The notes under the pieces are model-generated. The model had not been told where the DNA came from and searched no databases. It was given only the letters and a program-made list of their open reading frames with translations. A stretch of 64,000 nucleotides of DNA from Gammaproteobacteria bacterium (lineage in GTDB: Bacteria; Pseudomonadota; Gammaproteobacteria; UBA4575): positions 58,772-122,771 of the forward strand of contig JBFGJY010000001.1 in NCBI GenBank assembly GCA_041576975.1, read 5' to 3'. The position numbers were made by a program, and so were the translations under genes. Each line of letters opens with the position of its first letter. Position 1 is the first letter of the stretch. Positions 11,731 through 21,006 of the stretch are shown in pieces.

Positions 11731-12468
11731 ATGAGCAATCCAAAAGTAATTATGATAACAGGTGCCGCGCGGCGCATTGGTGCGGAACTTGTTCGTTACT
11801 TGCACCAATCCGGCATGAATATTATCTTACATTATCGCAGCTCGAAAAAAGATGCCACCGCACTCGCCAACAAACTTAATGCGCAGCGTCCTGATTCGGT
11901 AAAACTGTTGCAAGGTGATTTAAAAGAATATGCAAATATACCTAACTTAATAAAAAAAGCAGTCTCGCTCTTTAACGACATAGATGTCTTAATTAATAAT
12001 GCTTCATCTTTTTTCCCTACAGATCTGAATGAAATCGACGAAGACATTTGGGAGGATTTAATTGGGGTTAACCTCAAAGCACCCTTATTTTTAACCCAAG
12101 CTATTGCACCACATTTAAAAAGTTCTAATGGCTGCATCATAAATATTGTCGATATTCATGCTGATCGACCGTTAAAGGATTATCCCTTGTATTGTATTGC
12201 TAAAGCGGGCCTGGTGATGCTTACCAAATCCATGGCGCGTGAACTTGCGCCTGAGGTTCGAGTGAATGGCATTGCTCCAGGTGCCATCATGTGGCCCGAA
12301 GTGGAGCATTACGAAGGCATGCATCAAGAAATTATTTCGCGTACTGCTTTGAAACGTGAAGGCAGCCCCAAAGACATTGCCGACACAGCGCTGTTTTTAA
12401 TTAACCATGCTAACTATATCACCGGCCAAATCATTGCAGTGGATGGTGGACGAACATTGAGTAATTAA
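11731..12468 (+). CDS. Pteridine reductase / FolM-like short-chain dehydrogenase
   Basis: ITGAARRIG cofactor motif, NNAS, YxxxK (YCIAK); 245 aa. Sits in a folate neighbourhood with folK and folB close by. Confidence 0.75.
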   Translation: MSNPKVIMITGAARRIGAELVRYLHQSGMNIILHYRSSKKDATALANKLNAQRPDSVKLLQGDLKEYANIPNLIKKAVSLFNDIDVLINNASSFFPTDLNEIDEDIWEDLIGVNLKAPLFLTQAIAPHLKSSNGCIINIVDIHADRPLKDYPLYCIAKAGLVMLTKSMARELAPEVRVNGIAPGAIMWPEVEHYEGMHQEIISRTALKREGSPKDIADTALFLINHANYITGQIIAVDGGRTLSN

Positions 12469-12539
12469 AGTCAATGGTAATATCAATTAAAATGTTAGGT
12501 AGCCAGTTGACAAATTCTGATTTATGCAAGATGTGAACA

Positions 12540-12561
12540 TCCGCTTTCGGCCCAAAGCGGA
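12540..12561. repeat. REP-like palindromic hairpin (8-bp stem TCCGCTTT / AAAGCGGA, 6-nt loop)
   Basis: Read directly from the sequence: tccgctttcggcccaaagcgga. The 20-nt core matches the rev-comp of the hairpin core at 14335..14354 in 17 of 20 positions. Confidence 0.6.
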
Positions 12562-12763
12562 CATTCCAGTGGTAGACTTTTACAATTCCATGTAATGAGA
12601 TTTTAACCATTAGCGCATAGGTTAGAAGAACAGAGTAATTAAAATTATCCAACTGCTAAATTTTTTTACACCATCATGCTAAGCGCAATTCGGGACATAT
12701 CAATTAACGCTTGTCCTGGAACTGAAATTTTTGTGCTCGAGTGGTCTGTACTACTAAGAAAAA

Positions 12764-14050
12764 ATGATGAATAACCAGGAATTACAAGCTAAAAAACAAC
12801 AAGTAATGGCTCGTGGCCAGGCCAACCTCTATCCAGTTTACGTAGATCGGGCAAAAAACGCAGAAGTATGGGATGTTGAAGGTAATCGTTACATTGATTT
12901 TGGTGCGGGCATTGCGGTCTGCAACACAGGGCATTCACATCCCCATGTAGTTGCTGCAGTCAAGAAACAAATTGGCCAGTTCAGTCACACCTGTGTCATG
13001 GTAAATCCCTACGCGAGTGTCGTGGAACTGGCTGAAAAGCTGACTCAGCTGGCTCCAGGGAGCAGCCACAAAAAGGCCATATTTGTGTGTACCGGAGCGG
13101 AAGCCGTTGAAAACTGTATTAAAATTGCCCGTGCCCAAACAGGCCGTCGAGGTGTCATTGCATTTAATGGTGGTTACCACGGCCGAACCAATATGACCAT
13201 GGCATTGACTGGTAAGATCACGCCGTATAAAAAGCTTTTTGGCCCCTTCCCGGGAGAAATTTTCCATCTCCCTTTCCCTATGAATTTACATGACGTCAAT
13301 ACTGATGATTCTTTGGCTGCACTAGAGAATCTATTTAAGATTGATATTTCACCGAGCGACGTTGCTGCAATTATTATTGAGCCTGTACAGGGTGAGGGTG
13401 GATTTTATCCAGCACCGAAAGAACTGCTTCAGGCATTGAGAGAAATTTGTGACAAACATGGCATCGTCTTTATAGCTGATGAAATTCAGACTGGGTTTGG
13501 TCGTACTGGAAAAATGTTCTGAGCAGAACACGCCAACGTTGAGCCTGATTTGATGACCATGGCTAAAGGCATTGCTGGTGGTTTTCCTCTAGCTGCTGTA
13601 ATAGGGAAAGCCGAAATTATGGACGCTCCTCTTCCTGGTGGACTGGGCGGCACCTATGGCGGTTCACCGGTGGGTTGCACCGCTGCTTTGGCGGTGCTTG
13701 AAGTTATTGAGCAGGAGTCGCTGATCCAGTGTGCAAATCAAATTGGCAAGTTGTTTGCCGCACGCCTAGGTACACTTCAACAAAAGTATCCGCAATTAAT
13801 AGACGAAGTGCGCCAATTAGGTGCCATGATTGAGATCGAGTTCGTGAAAAACAAGGATCCTCGACAGCCAAATACCGAACTCACGCAGTCGATTGTTGCC
13901 AAAGCTGCGAAGCACGGAATAATCCTGCTTGCCTGTGGATTTTTCGGCAATGTTATTCGTTTTCTACCGCCACTTACCGTGGAGCTGGAATTGGAGAATG
14001 AAGGTCTTGATCGCTTTGAGGATATTCTAAGTGAAATACTAGATCAGTAA
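12764..14050 (+). pseudogene. gabT: 4-aminobutyrate / class-III (omega) aminotransferase, interrupted by one in-frame TGA at 13520..13522
   Basis: ORFs 12764..13522 and 13550..14050 share a frame. The read-through translation ...[37 protein letters not shown]... is colinear with GabT-type PLP enzymes, including the PLP lysine (MAKG). About 428 codons in total. Confidence 0.85.
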
Positions 14051-14115
14051 ACGCCGACAAAATAATGCAAATAAATGGTTGTGTTATGTAGCCATTATAA
14101 TCAACCAAGAGTTTG

Positions 14116-14140
14116 CTCGAAATTATGATCGAGTTTTTTT
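14116..14140 (+). terminator. Possible weak rho-independent terminator downstream of the gabT-like gene
   Basis: ctcga-aattatga-tcgag (5-bp stem) followed by a run of seven T. Confidence 0.3.
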
Positions 14141-14319
14141 GGTGAAATTTTTGGCAGGTGTGGCGAATAGTTGCAAGAGTCGCTAAAAAAACATTATACA
14201 TCGCGTTTTTGGTCAATCTAATCTGCATTTTAGGTTTTAGAACATTTAAAAAATGTTTTGAAGAAAACAACATCTGAATAGTTATTTTTTTTATTATATA
14301 TATATCTATCTGAAAAAGC

Positions 14320-14355
14320 TCTTCGGTTGAAGAACCGCTATTGGCCGTAAGCGGT
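14320..14355. repeat. Two adjacent hairpins; the second is a REP-like palindrome related to 12540..12561
   Basis: tcttc-ggtt-gaaga followed by accgct-attggccgta-agcggt. On the minus strand the pair is followed by gcttttt, so it may also terminate folB-folK. Confidence 0.5.
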
Positions 14356-14429
14356 CGTTTTAATTTAAATATTTTTGCAAATTTATGATTGAACTGGTGG
14401 GTTATAGATTTATTTGAAAAGTAGAGTCT

Positions 14430-14915
14430 TCAAAATTCATAATCAACTAATTTCATTTCTCCATTTTCTAAACTCGCTTCGCATAACTCATCTATAGTTC
14501 GTTCTTCTTCGGGATGCACCACTTCTCCCGCAAGTTCAGTCAACGGTTTCAATACAAAGTTGTAGCGCAAAATATCGGGGTGCGGGATATTTATGCCATC
14601 CATTTGCATGACGAGATCACCGTATAACAACTGATCTAAATCAAGCGTACGCGATTCAAACTGTTCTTTACCCTGGGTGCGACCATGATCGACTTCAATT
14701 TGTTTAAGGATTTGACCGATTTCTATTGGAGTATGATCTGTATCAAAACCTACGACTAGATTATGAAAGTCATCACCCTTAAAGCCTTCGGCTTTGGTCT
14801 TATACACGTTGGAAATATCCAATGGACCAAAATGCTCTTGCAGGGCTTTTACCGCTGAGAGTATGTTTTTCTCTTTGTCGATATTACTGCCGATGCTGAC
14901 ATAGACGCGAGCCAT
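14430..14915 (-). CDS. folK: 2-amino-4-hydroxy-6-hydroxymethyldihydropteridine pyrophosphokinase
   Basis: YVSIGSNI N-terminus, RTLDLDQLLYG and IPHP motifs; 161 aa. ATGA start/stop overlap with folB. Confidence 0.92.
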   Translation of the reverse strand: MARVYVSIGSNIDKEKNILSAVKALQEHFGPLDISNVYKTKAEGFKGDDFHNLVVGFDTDHTPIEIGQILKQIEVDHGRTQGKEQFESRTLDLDQLLYGDLVMQMDGINIPHPDILRYNFVLKPLTELAGEVVHPEEERTIDELCEASLENGEMKLVDYEF

Positions 14916-15274
14916 CAGTTGCTGCGACTCCCACGCTCTATGGTAATACCGACATCACGCGAGCTACGCACTGCGCCCGGTTTGCTGATGGTGACGCGTA
15001 CCCAGTGGATGTGAAACTCATTGAGCAAAATTTCTGCAACCTTCTCAATTAAGGTTTCAATCAATCCATAGCCGCTGTCTTCAACAAACTGGGTAACGCG
15101 TTTGGAAACGGCTTTGTAATCCAATGTATCGTCAATTGAGTCAGTTGCTGCAGCCTTGGCAATATCGGTAGCCATCTCCAGATCGATGCGCACTTTCTGT
15201 TTGATACGCTTTTCCCACTCAAAAATACCGATGGTGGCGTCAATCTCTAGATCACGTAGAAATATTGTGTCCAT
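14915..15274 (-). CDS. folB: Dihydroneopterin aldolase
   Basis: IGIFEWEK...Q.V..DL motif and DYKAVSKRV; 119 aa. Translationally coupled to folK. Confidence 0.9.
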   Translation of the reverse strand: MDTIFLRDLEIDATIGIFEWEKRIKQKVRIDLEMATDIAKAAATDSIDDTLDYKAVSKRVTQFVEDSGYGLIETLIEKVAEILLNEFHIHWVRVTISKPGAVRSSRDVGITIERGSRSN

Positions 15275-15418
15275 TTACTACTTTTTTGCTTTTTTAAGTT
15301 TAGCTTGCCTATTTAGTTGCTATAGTTGAGCCTGCTTGTGCCATTTTAGTGATTCTGGTATCTTCACGCGCCCTATTTGGATGGATTTGTCCTATATTAT
15401 TTGAGTTGAATAATAATC

Positions 15419-15655
15419 ATGTCTCGCGTCTGCCAAGTTACTGGAAAACGGCCCATCTCAGGCAATAACGTTTCCCATGCCCATAATAAAACACGACGTA
15501 GATTTATGCCTAATATTCAGACTCACCGTTTTTGGGTGGAAAGTGAAAATAAATGGGTAAAATTACGAGTCTCGACTAAAGGGATGCGCATTATTGACAA
15601 AAAAGGTATAGATGAAGTTCTAGTTGACATACGTAAACGTGGAATTAAAGTCTAA
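15419..15655 (+). CDS. rpmB: 50S ribosomal protein L28
   Basis: [12 protein letters not shown]...GNNVSHA.NKT.RRF.PN, 78 aa. Confidence 0.96.
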   Translation: MSRVCQVTGKRPISGNNVSHAHNKTRRRFMPNIQTHRFWVESENKWVKLRVSTKGMRIIDKKGIDEVLVDIRKRGIKV

Positions 15656-15685
15656 TACAATAGCTTTACACAAGAAAATTCTCTC

Positions 15686-15853
15686 ATGGCTAAAGCAGTT
15701 CGCGAAAAAATTAAACTAGTCTCTAGCGCTGGAACGGGGCATTACTATACGACTAGTAAAAACAAACGCACGATGCCTGACAAGCTTGAAATGAAAAAGT
15801 ACGATCCAGTTGTACGTAAGCACGTAATCTACAAAGAAGCAAAAATCAAATAG
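15686..15853 (+). CDS. rpmG: 50S ribosomal protein L33
   Basis: Not in the ORF track because it is under 60 aa. Hand translation: [58 protein letters not shown] stop. It lies 30 nt after rpmB, as in the conserved rpmBG operon. Confidence 0.93.
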   Translation: MAKAVREKIKLVSSAGTGHYYTTSKNKRTMPDKLEMKKYDPVVRKHVIYKEAKIK

Positions 15854-15990
15854 CAATACCCGTATTTTTAACCCACTACTCCGTTGTACAATTTTTTGTG
15901 ATGCTTATTTACTAGCATGTAAAAATCACTTCTTGACAAGCACTGCGCCACGTAAGCAAATCAAAATAAGAATTTTTTAAAGAATCTAAG

Positions 15991-17169
15991 CTAAATTACG
16001 GGTTGCAATGCATAGCTGCGCAAGCTCTGCGCAAACTCTTGTAGTACCTTAATACCCGTCGCTTCGGCTTCTTTGCACCATTGAATAATCGCCTGAATTA
16101 AGCGTTCATGGCTAGCGTATGTTTCATTCCAAAGCTCTTGTAGCTTACGACGAAATTCATATACTGTTTGCAGAGCTTCACTATTTTGCAAAAGTTCTTG
16201 TAGGTATTTGCGGTGTAGGGGTTTTAGACGACTATCTTCACGCACTAAAGCCGTACGCATTTGGCGAATTAGTTTTTGATAACGTGTATCAATACTAGAT
16301 AGCTCATCTTGAAACGTAGGCAGAGTTACACGTTTGGTATAATCCGCCATTACGTGAAGTTTACTGGAAATGATGGCTTTAGCCGTTTCGAGGTCGATTT
16401 TGTCTTTATCAGTAAGCCTAGTCGGTTGTGGTGCGCGCCTGCGCACTTTGGCTAAGCGCAATAGCGATAGCATTTGAATATAGCTCCAGCCTAAATCAAA
16501 CTCCCACCATTTGCTGGAAAACTTCGCTGAACTGGGGTAGGCATGATGATTGTTGTGCAACTCTTCACCACCGATGATTAACCCAAGATTTACAATATTG
16601 GTAGAACCATCATCGGTTTCAAAATTTCGATAGCCCCAATAATGTCCGATGCCATTAACGACTCCGGCTGCAAAGAGCGGGATCCAAATCATCTGAATTG
16701 CCGCAATGGTGATACCAATGCCCCCAAATAGAATGAAATTCAATATAAAGGTCACCGCAACTCCAAAATTCCCATAGCGTGAATAGAAGTTGCGTTCAAT
16801 CCAATCATTTGGTGTGCCATGACCGTACTTTGTTAAAGTCTGTAGATTCTTAGCTTCTTCTCGATACAATTCCGCACCTTGCCAAAATACCATACCGATA
16901 CCTTTTGTATGCGGACTATGCGGATCTTCTACGGTTTCAGTCTTTGCATGATGTTTGCGATGAATTGCAACCCATTCCTTGGTCACCATGCCAGTCGTTG
17001 CCCATAACCAAAAACGGAAAAAGTGCGAGACCAGCGGATGGAGGTCCAATGCACAATGTGCTTGGCAACGATGCAAATATAAGGTTACCGATACAATCGT
17101 GATATGAGTAAGAATTAGCGTGAGGACGATGTAGCCCCACCAAGGCAGAGTAATTAACCCATTAAGCAT
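15991..17169 (-). CDS. Membrane fatty-acid (acyl-CoA/acyl-lipid delta-9 type) desaturase
   Basis: Histidine boxes HRCQAH, HRKHHAKTE and HNNHHAYP, with N-terminal TM helices; 392 aa. Confidence 0.85.
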   Translation of the reverse strand: MLNGLITLPWWGYIVLTLILTHITIVSVTLYLHRCQAHCALDLHPLVSHFFRFWLWATTGMVTKEWVAIHRKHHAKTETVEDPHSPHTKGIGMVFWQGAELYREEAKNLQTLTKYGHGTPNDWIERNFYSRYGNFGVAVTFILNFILFGGIGITIAAIQMIWIPLFAAGVVNGIGHYWGYRNFETDDGSTNIVNLGLIIGGEELHNNHHAYPSSAKFSSKWWEFDLGWSYIQMLSLLRLAKVRRRAPQPTRLTDKDKIDLETAKAIISSKLHVMADYTKRVTLPTFQDELSSIDTRYQKLIRQMRTALVREDSRLKPLHRKYLQELLQNSEALQTVYEFRRKLQELWNETYASHERLIQAIIQWCKEAEATGIKVLQEFAQSLRSYALQPVI

Positions 17170-17298
17170 GTCGTTAACCCTAGTAAATTATTATTATTTT
17201 GTGAAAAATAGCTCATCATTTGCTAATCCATCATACGTGCTGGTGGCAGGTTCGAGCAAGCGTCACGAGACGGTCGGTGTTGCCCTGTAGACACTTGA

Positions 17299-19260
17299 TT
17301 AATTTTTGTCCGTTCGTTCCAATAACAGGCCCCCTGGGCCAGATAGCGATGCAAACCAACGTGGTGCGATATACACGGTTGCGTCTTTTTCGGTAATAAT
17401 TGCAGGTCCTGTAAGTATTTGATTTTGTCCAATGTCTGTTCGTTTATAGACAGGTACCTGTTGGTCCAGCTCATTTAATTGAACATGCTCAATAGGCTTG
17501 CCATGCTTTTGGGATGAACCAATTACGAGCTGAATGTTAGGATTTTCCCCGCTTGCAGTAAGACGTAGATTCACCAATTCAACGGGCATATCCAAGGCAT
17601 AACCGAAACGATCTTTATGCCTAGTATGAAAAGCCTGAGCAGCATGCATGCTATCCTGCCAAACTAATTTTAATGTCGCAGATTGGCCTTGATAACGCAG
17701 GTCTATTTCTCGTTTTAGTGTAAATCCTTGCGCTGATTCTGTTTTTAAATCTTGAGTAATTTTTTGCTCAAGCTGCAAAAAGATATTATCTATTTCGTCA
17801 TTTTGGCAATCATTGAGTAATTTGATATGGCTTTGTGAAATTTCTTTCCCAGGTGGAGCAATTAATAAGCCAAACGCTGACAATAGCCCCGCGTGCGCAG
17901 GTATCAGTGCATAGTGCATATTGAGTGCCTCTGCTAAGTCACAAACATGTAATCCACCTGCGCCACCAAAACTTACTAAAGTAAAATTCTTTGGATCATG
18001 GCCACGATACACAGACATAACGCGTAATGCTTGAACCATTTGTTCATTGGCAACTCGCACAATTCCTTGTGCACAAGCATGCGTATTTATGTGTAGACGT
18101 TGTGCAAGATGTTTTACCGCTGTTAACGCTGCCGCATAATTTAATGCCAAATTGCCGGCAAGTTTGCAGCTTGCTGGCAAACGTCCCAAAACAAGATGTG
18201 CATCGGTAACCGTCGCATCTTTACCGCCTTGCCCATAACATGCAGGACCTGGAGATGCACCGGCTGAATCAGGCCCAACTTGTAATAAGCCCCCTTCATC
18301 GATCCAAGCAATCGAGCCTCCGCCTGCGCCGATGGTATGAATATCTAACATCGGTACTGCAACAGGCAATTCTGCAATTTTCCCGTTACTGGTCAAATTA
18401 AATTCCTTGTTAATGATCGAAACATCGGTGGAGGTTCCACCCATATCAAAAGTAAGTAGCTGAGTGTGTCCAACATTTTGCCCAACGTGCAGACTTCCCC
18501 ATAAACCACCTGCTGGTCCAGATAGCAATAGGCGTACAGCACTGTGCTCAGCTGCGGTGGCACTAAGTGTAAGACCATGACTTTGCATAACTGAAATCTT
18601 GGAAGTGTGCAGTTTTTTACGTAAACGCGATAAATACCCATGCATTACCGGACCAAGGTAACTGTTGAGCCAGGTTACCAACCCGCGTTCGTATTCACGG
18701 TGCTCAGCTAACACCTCCGATGAAATCGAAACAAAATATTTATTCGAGAGTCGATCAGAAATCTCTCTCTCAAATCGACCATCAACAAAAGAAAACAACA
18801 AGCAAATTGCAACCGCTTCAGTATCAAGCTGGTTAATTTTTGATGTTAATTCTTCCAGCTCCTGAGGCAACAGAGACTGCACCGTCTCACCCTTTGGACT
18901 GACTCTGCCACCTACTTCTAAGTTTAGCTGCGGATCAAATAATGAACGCTCTTTTTTAGGGGTAAGATTGTATAATTCTTGGCGTGTTTGCCGACCAATT
19001 AACAAAAGATCTTTAAAACCATGATTGGTAATAAAAACGGTGCGGGCACCTTTGCCTTCCAGCAGTGCATTCGTCGCGACCGTAGTACCATGCACAATAT
19101 GCAAACCCTCAGTATTAATCCCCAAAGCATTAATACCATTAAGTATGGCGCGCTCGGGTGCTGTAGGAGTCGATAACACTTTATGTGTCAACAACTGTTG
19201 TCCGTTGAAGTAGACCAAGTCTGTGAATGTACCGCCGGTGTCTACTGCTAGGATATGCAT
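17299..19260 (-). CDS. Hydantoinase/oxoprolinase family protein (HyuA-type subunit)
   Basis: MHILAVDTGGTFTDLV N-terminus and an actin-like ATPase fold motif FDMGGTSTDV; 653 aa. There is no adjacent HyuB-type partner. Confidence 0.85.
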   Translation of the reverse strand: MHILAVDTGGTFTDLVYFNGQQLLTHKVLSTPTAPERAILNGINALGINTEGLHIVHGTTVATNALLEGKGARTVFITNHGFKDLLLIGRQTRQELYNLTPKKERSLFDPQLNLEVGGRVSPKGETVQSLLPQELEELTSKINQLDTEAVAICLLFSFVDGRFEREISDRLSNKYFVSISSEVLAEHREYERGLVTWLNSYLGPVMHGYLSRLRKKLHTSKISVMQSHGLTLSATAAEHSAVRLLLSGPAGGLWGSLHVGQNVGHTQLLTFDMGGTSTDVSIINKEFNLTSNGKIAELPVAVPMLDIHTIGAGGGSIAWIDEGGLLQVGPDSAGASPGPACYGQGGKDATVTDAHLVLGRLPASCKLAGNLALNYAAALTAVKHLAQRLHINTHACAQGIVRVANEQMVQALRVMSVYRGHDPKNFTLVSFGGAGGLHVCDLAEALNMHYALIPAHAGLLSAFGLLIAPPGKEISQSHIKLLNDCQNDEIDNIFLQLEQKITQDLKTESAQGFTLKREIDLRYQGQSATLKLVWQDSMHAAQAFHTRHKDRFGYALDMPVELVNLRLTASGENPNIQLVIGSSQKHGKPIEHVQLNELDQQVPVYKRTDIGQNQILTGPAIITEKDATVYIAPRWFASLSGPGGLLLERTDKN

Positions 19261-19289
19261 GACGCTATTGTAGTGAAAAGATTTAACTT

Positions 19290-20231
19290 ATGACGCAAGA
19301 AACATTGTTATCTGTTGAGAATCTCACGCGTAGCTTTGATGGTAATAAAGCTATACATAATCTTAATTTTGATATTCATCGCGGTGAAGTCGTAGCATTG
19401 TTGGGAACCAATGGGGCCGGCAAGTCAACTACCCTAAATGTAATTACTGGTAATTTAAGACCAGACACCGGTAAGGCAAATATCTGTGGCTTTGATGTAT
19501 TCACTAACCCAAAACAAGCTAAAAATAATTTGGGTTTTCTACCAGAAACCCCTCCATTGTATCGAGAGTTAACCGTGTATGAGTATTTGCAATTTGCTGC
19601 GCGCATTCATAGTGTGGCAATAAAGCAAGTAAAACACAGTGTCGACAGGGTGTTAGCAGTTTGCGGTTTAAATACTGTGCAAAAAAAACTTATTGCCAAC
19701 TTATCTAAAGGATTTCAACAGCGTGTCGGCATTGCACAGGCTATCATACATAATCCGGCTTTAGTGATATTAGATGAGCCCACTATTGGTTTAGATCCAG
19801 TGCAAATGCAAGATATTCGAGTGCTGTTAGATGAACTCTCAAATAACCATAGTGTTTTACTCTCTACTCATATGCTGACAGAAGCTGAATCAACTTGTGA
19901 CCGTGTTTTGATAATTAATCAAGGGTCTTTACTACTCGACCAAGCCTTAAAAGACTTGGAGAAAAGTCCAGGTAAACGCGTAAAACTGCGCTTTCATGGA
20001 GGGCCGTCGATAGAGGAACTCAATGCTATTTCGGGTTGTGAGTCAGTAAGTTGTTCTCAGTATGGTAATTTCGTATGCCGCTATAACGACTCTGACTTTA
20101 TTCAGCAGGTGCAAGCGCAATCATTAGCAAACAATTGGCAACTGTATGAAATTGGTCCCATTGCGAGTTCTTTAGAACAAGTATTTTTAGATCTTGTGAT
20201 GCGTGATTCAACTCCCTCACCGAATATATAA
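19290..20231 (+). CDS. ABC transporter ATP-binding protein (GldA-like, ABC-2 type)
   Basis: Walker A GTNGAGKST, signature LSKGFQQR, Walker B LVILDEPT; 313 aa. Confidence 0.9.
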   Translation: MTQETLLSVENLTRSFDGNKAIHNLNFDIHRGEVVALLGTNGAGKSTTLNVITGNLRPDTGKANICGFDVFTNPKQAKNNLGFLPETPPLYRELTVYEYLQFAARIHSVAIKQVKHSVDRVLAVCGLNTVQKKLIANLSKGFQQRVGIAQAIIHNPALVILDEPTIGLDPVQMQDIRVLLDELSNNHSVLLSTHMLTEAESTCDRVLIINQGSLLLDQALKDLEKSPGKRVKLRFHGGPSIEELNAISGCESVSCSQYGNFVCRYNDSDFIQQVQAQSLANNWQLYEIGPIASSLEQVFLDLVMRDSTPSPNI

Positions 20232-20239
20232 CAAATATT

Positions 20240-20992
20240 ATGATCAGGATAATTACTCACAATGAATTTAAACGCGTATGGTATTCGCCAATTGCTTGGA
20301 TATTATTTTCTGTAGCACTATTTGTGTTAGGTTTATTGTTACTAATTTTACTTAATAATTTTTATAGCGAAATACAAGCTAAATTAGTAAGTTTAGAACG
20401 TGCGCCGGGTTTAACCGATTTAGTAATTGCGCCATACTTATTTTGGGTTGCAGTGGTCGGTGTTCTTATTGTTCCCTTATTTGCGGTACGTAGTTGCACC
20501 GAAGAGCGACAGCAAGGTGCCAATCTATTATTAAGCAGCGCACCGATCAGTAATATCCAAATTGTTTTAGGAAAATTTTTTGCGTTAGCGCTATTAGCAT
20601 TCATTTTTACCGTTGTATGTAGTTTATTTGCACTAATATTAGGTTATTTCACCCTCATTGATTATGGGAAAATAGCAGCCGCCTGCTTGGGCGTATTTCT
20701 ATTTATTAGTTCATTCAGTGCAGCGGCATTGTTTATTGCAAACCTAACTCGCACACCAATTATTGCCACTGCTGCAATCATAGGCATGTTACTACTCTTT
20801 GTGATGCTATACATGTCAGGCTCTGCAGCCAGCAGTAGCAGTGAACTTTTTCTGTATCTATCAAACTTTCCCCATTTAGTAGACTTACTGACTGGTTCTA
20901 TTGATACTACTCATATTGCCTATTTTTTCTTGTTTATTATCTTATTTTTATGGTTGAGTGTGCGTAATCTTAACCAACGTCGTTCACTTTAA
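20240..20992 (+). CDS. ABC-2 type transporter permease (GldF-like)
   Basis: 250-aa six-TM hydrophobic protein directly downstream of the ATPase. Confidence 0.8.
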   Translation: MIRIITHNEFKRVWYSPIAWILFSVALFVLGLLLLILLNNFYSEIQAKLVSLERAPGLTDLVIAPYLFWVAVVGVLIVPLFAVRSCTEERQQGANLLLSSAPISNIQIVLGKFFALALLAFIFTVVCSLFALILGYFTLIDYGKIAAACLGVFLFISSFSAAALFIANLTRTPIIATAAIIGMLLLFVMLYMSGSAASSSSELFLYLSNFPHLVDLLTGSIDTTHIAYFFLFIILFLWLSVRNLNQRRSL

Positions 20993-21006
20993 CCCATTTA
21001 TAAGCA

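Noticed and set aside
12431-12652. 73-aa minus-strand ORF in the folM-gabT spacer
   Set aside because: It overlaps the folM 3' end, and most of its length is translation across the REP-like palindrome (..VRFGPKADV..). This is a classic artefact of such repeats rather than a gene.
13520-13570. Selenocysteine or TGA-to-sense recoding as an explanation for the gabT interruption
   Set aside because: TGA ends several well-defined genes in the window, including ATGA-coupled pairs. I see no stable hairpin immediately 3' of the TGA that would serve as a bacterial SECIS, and GabT-type enzymes are not known selenoproteins. The question is left open only as something to check.
17240-17265. tRNA-like GGTTCGAG string in the desaturase-hyuA spacer
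   Set aside because: The flanking bases cannot form a T-stem, and no acceptor or anticodon arms can be drawn. It is not a tRNA.
17223-17474. 83-aa minus-strand ORF overlapping the 3' end of the hydantoinase gene
   Set aside because: It lies out of frame within and just past hyuA, has no motifs, and is most likely spurious.
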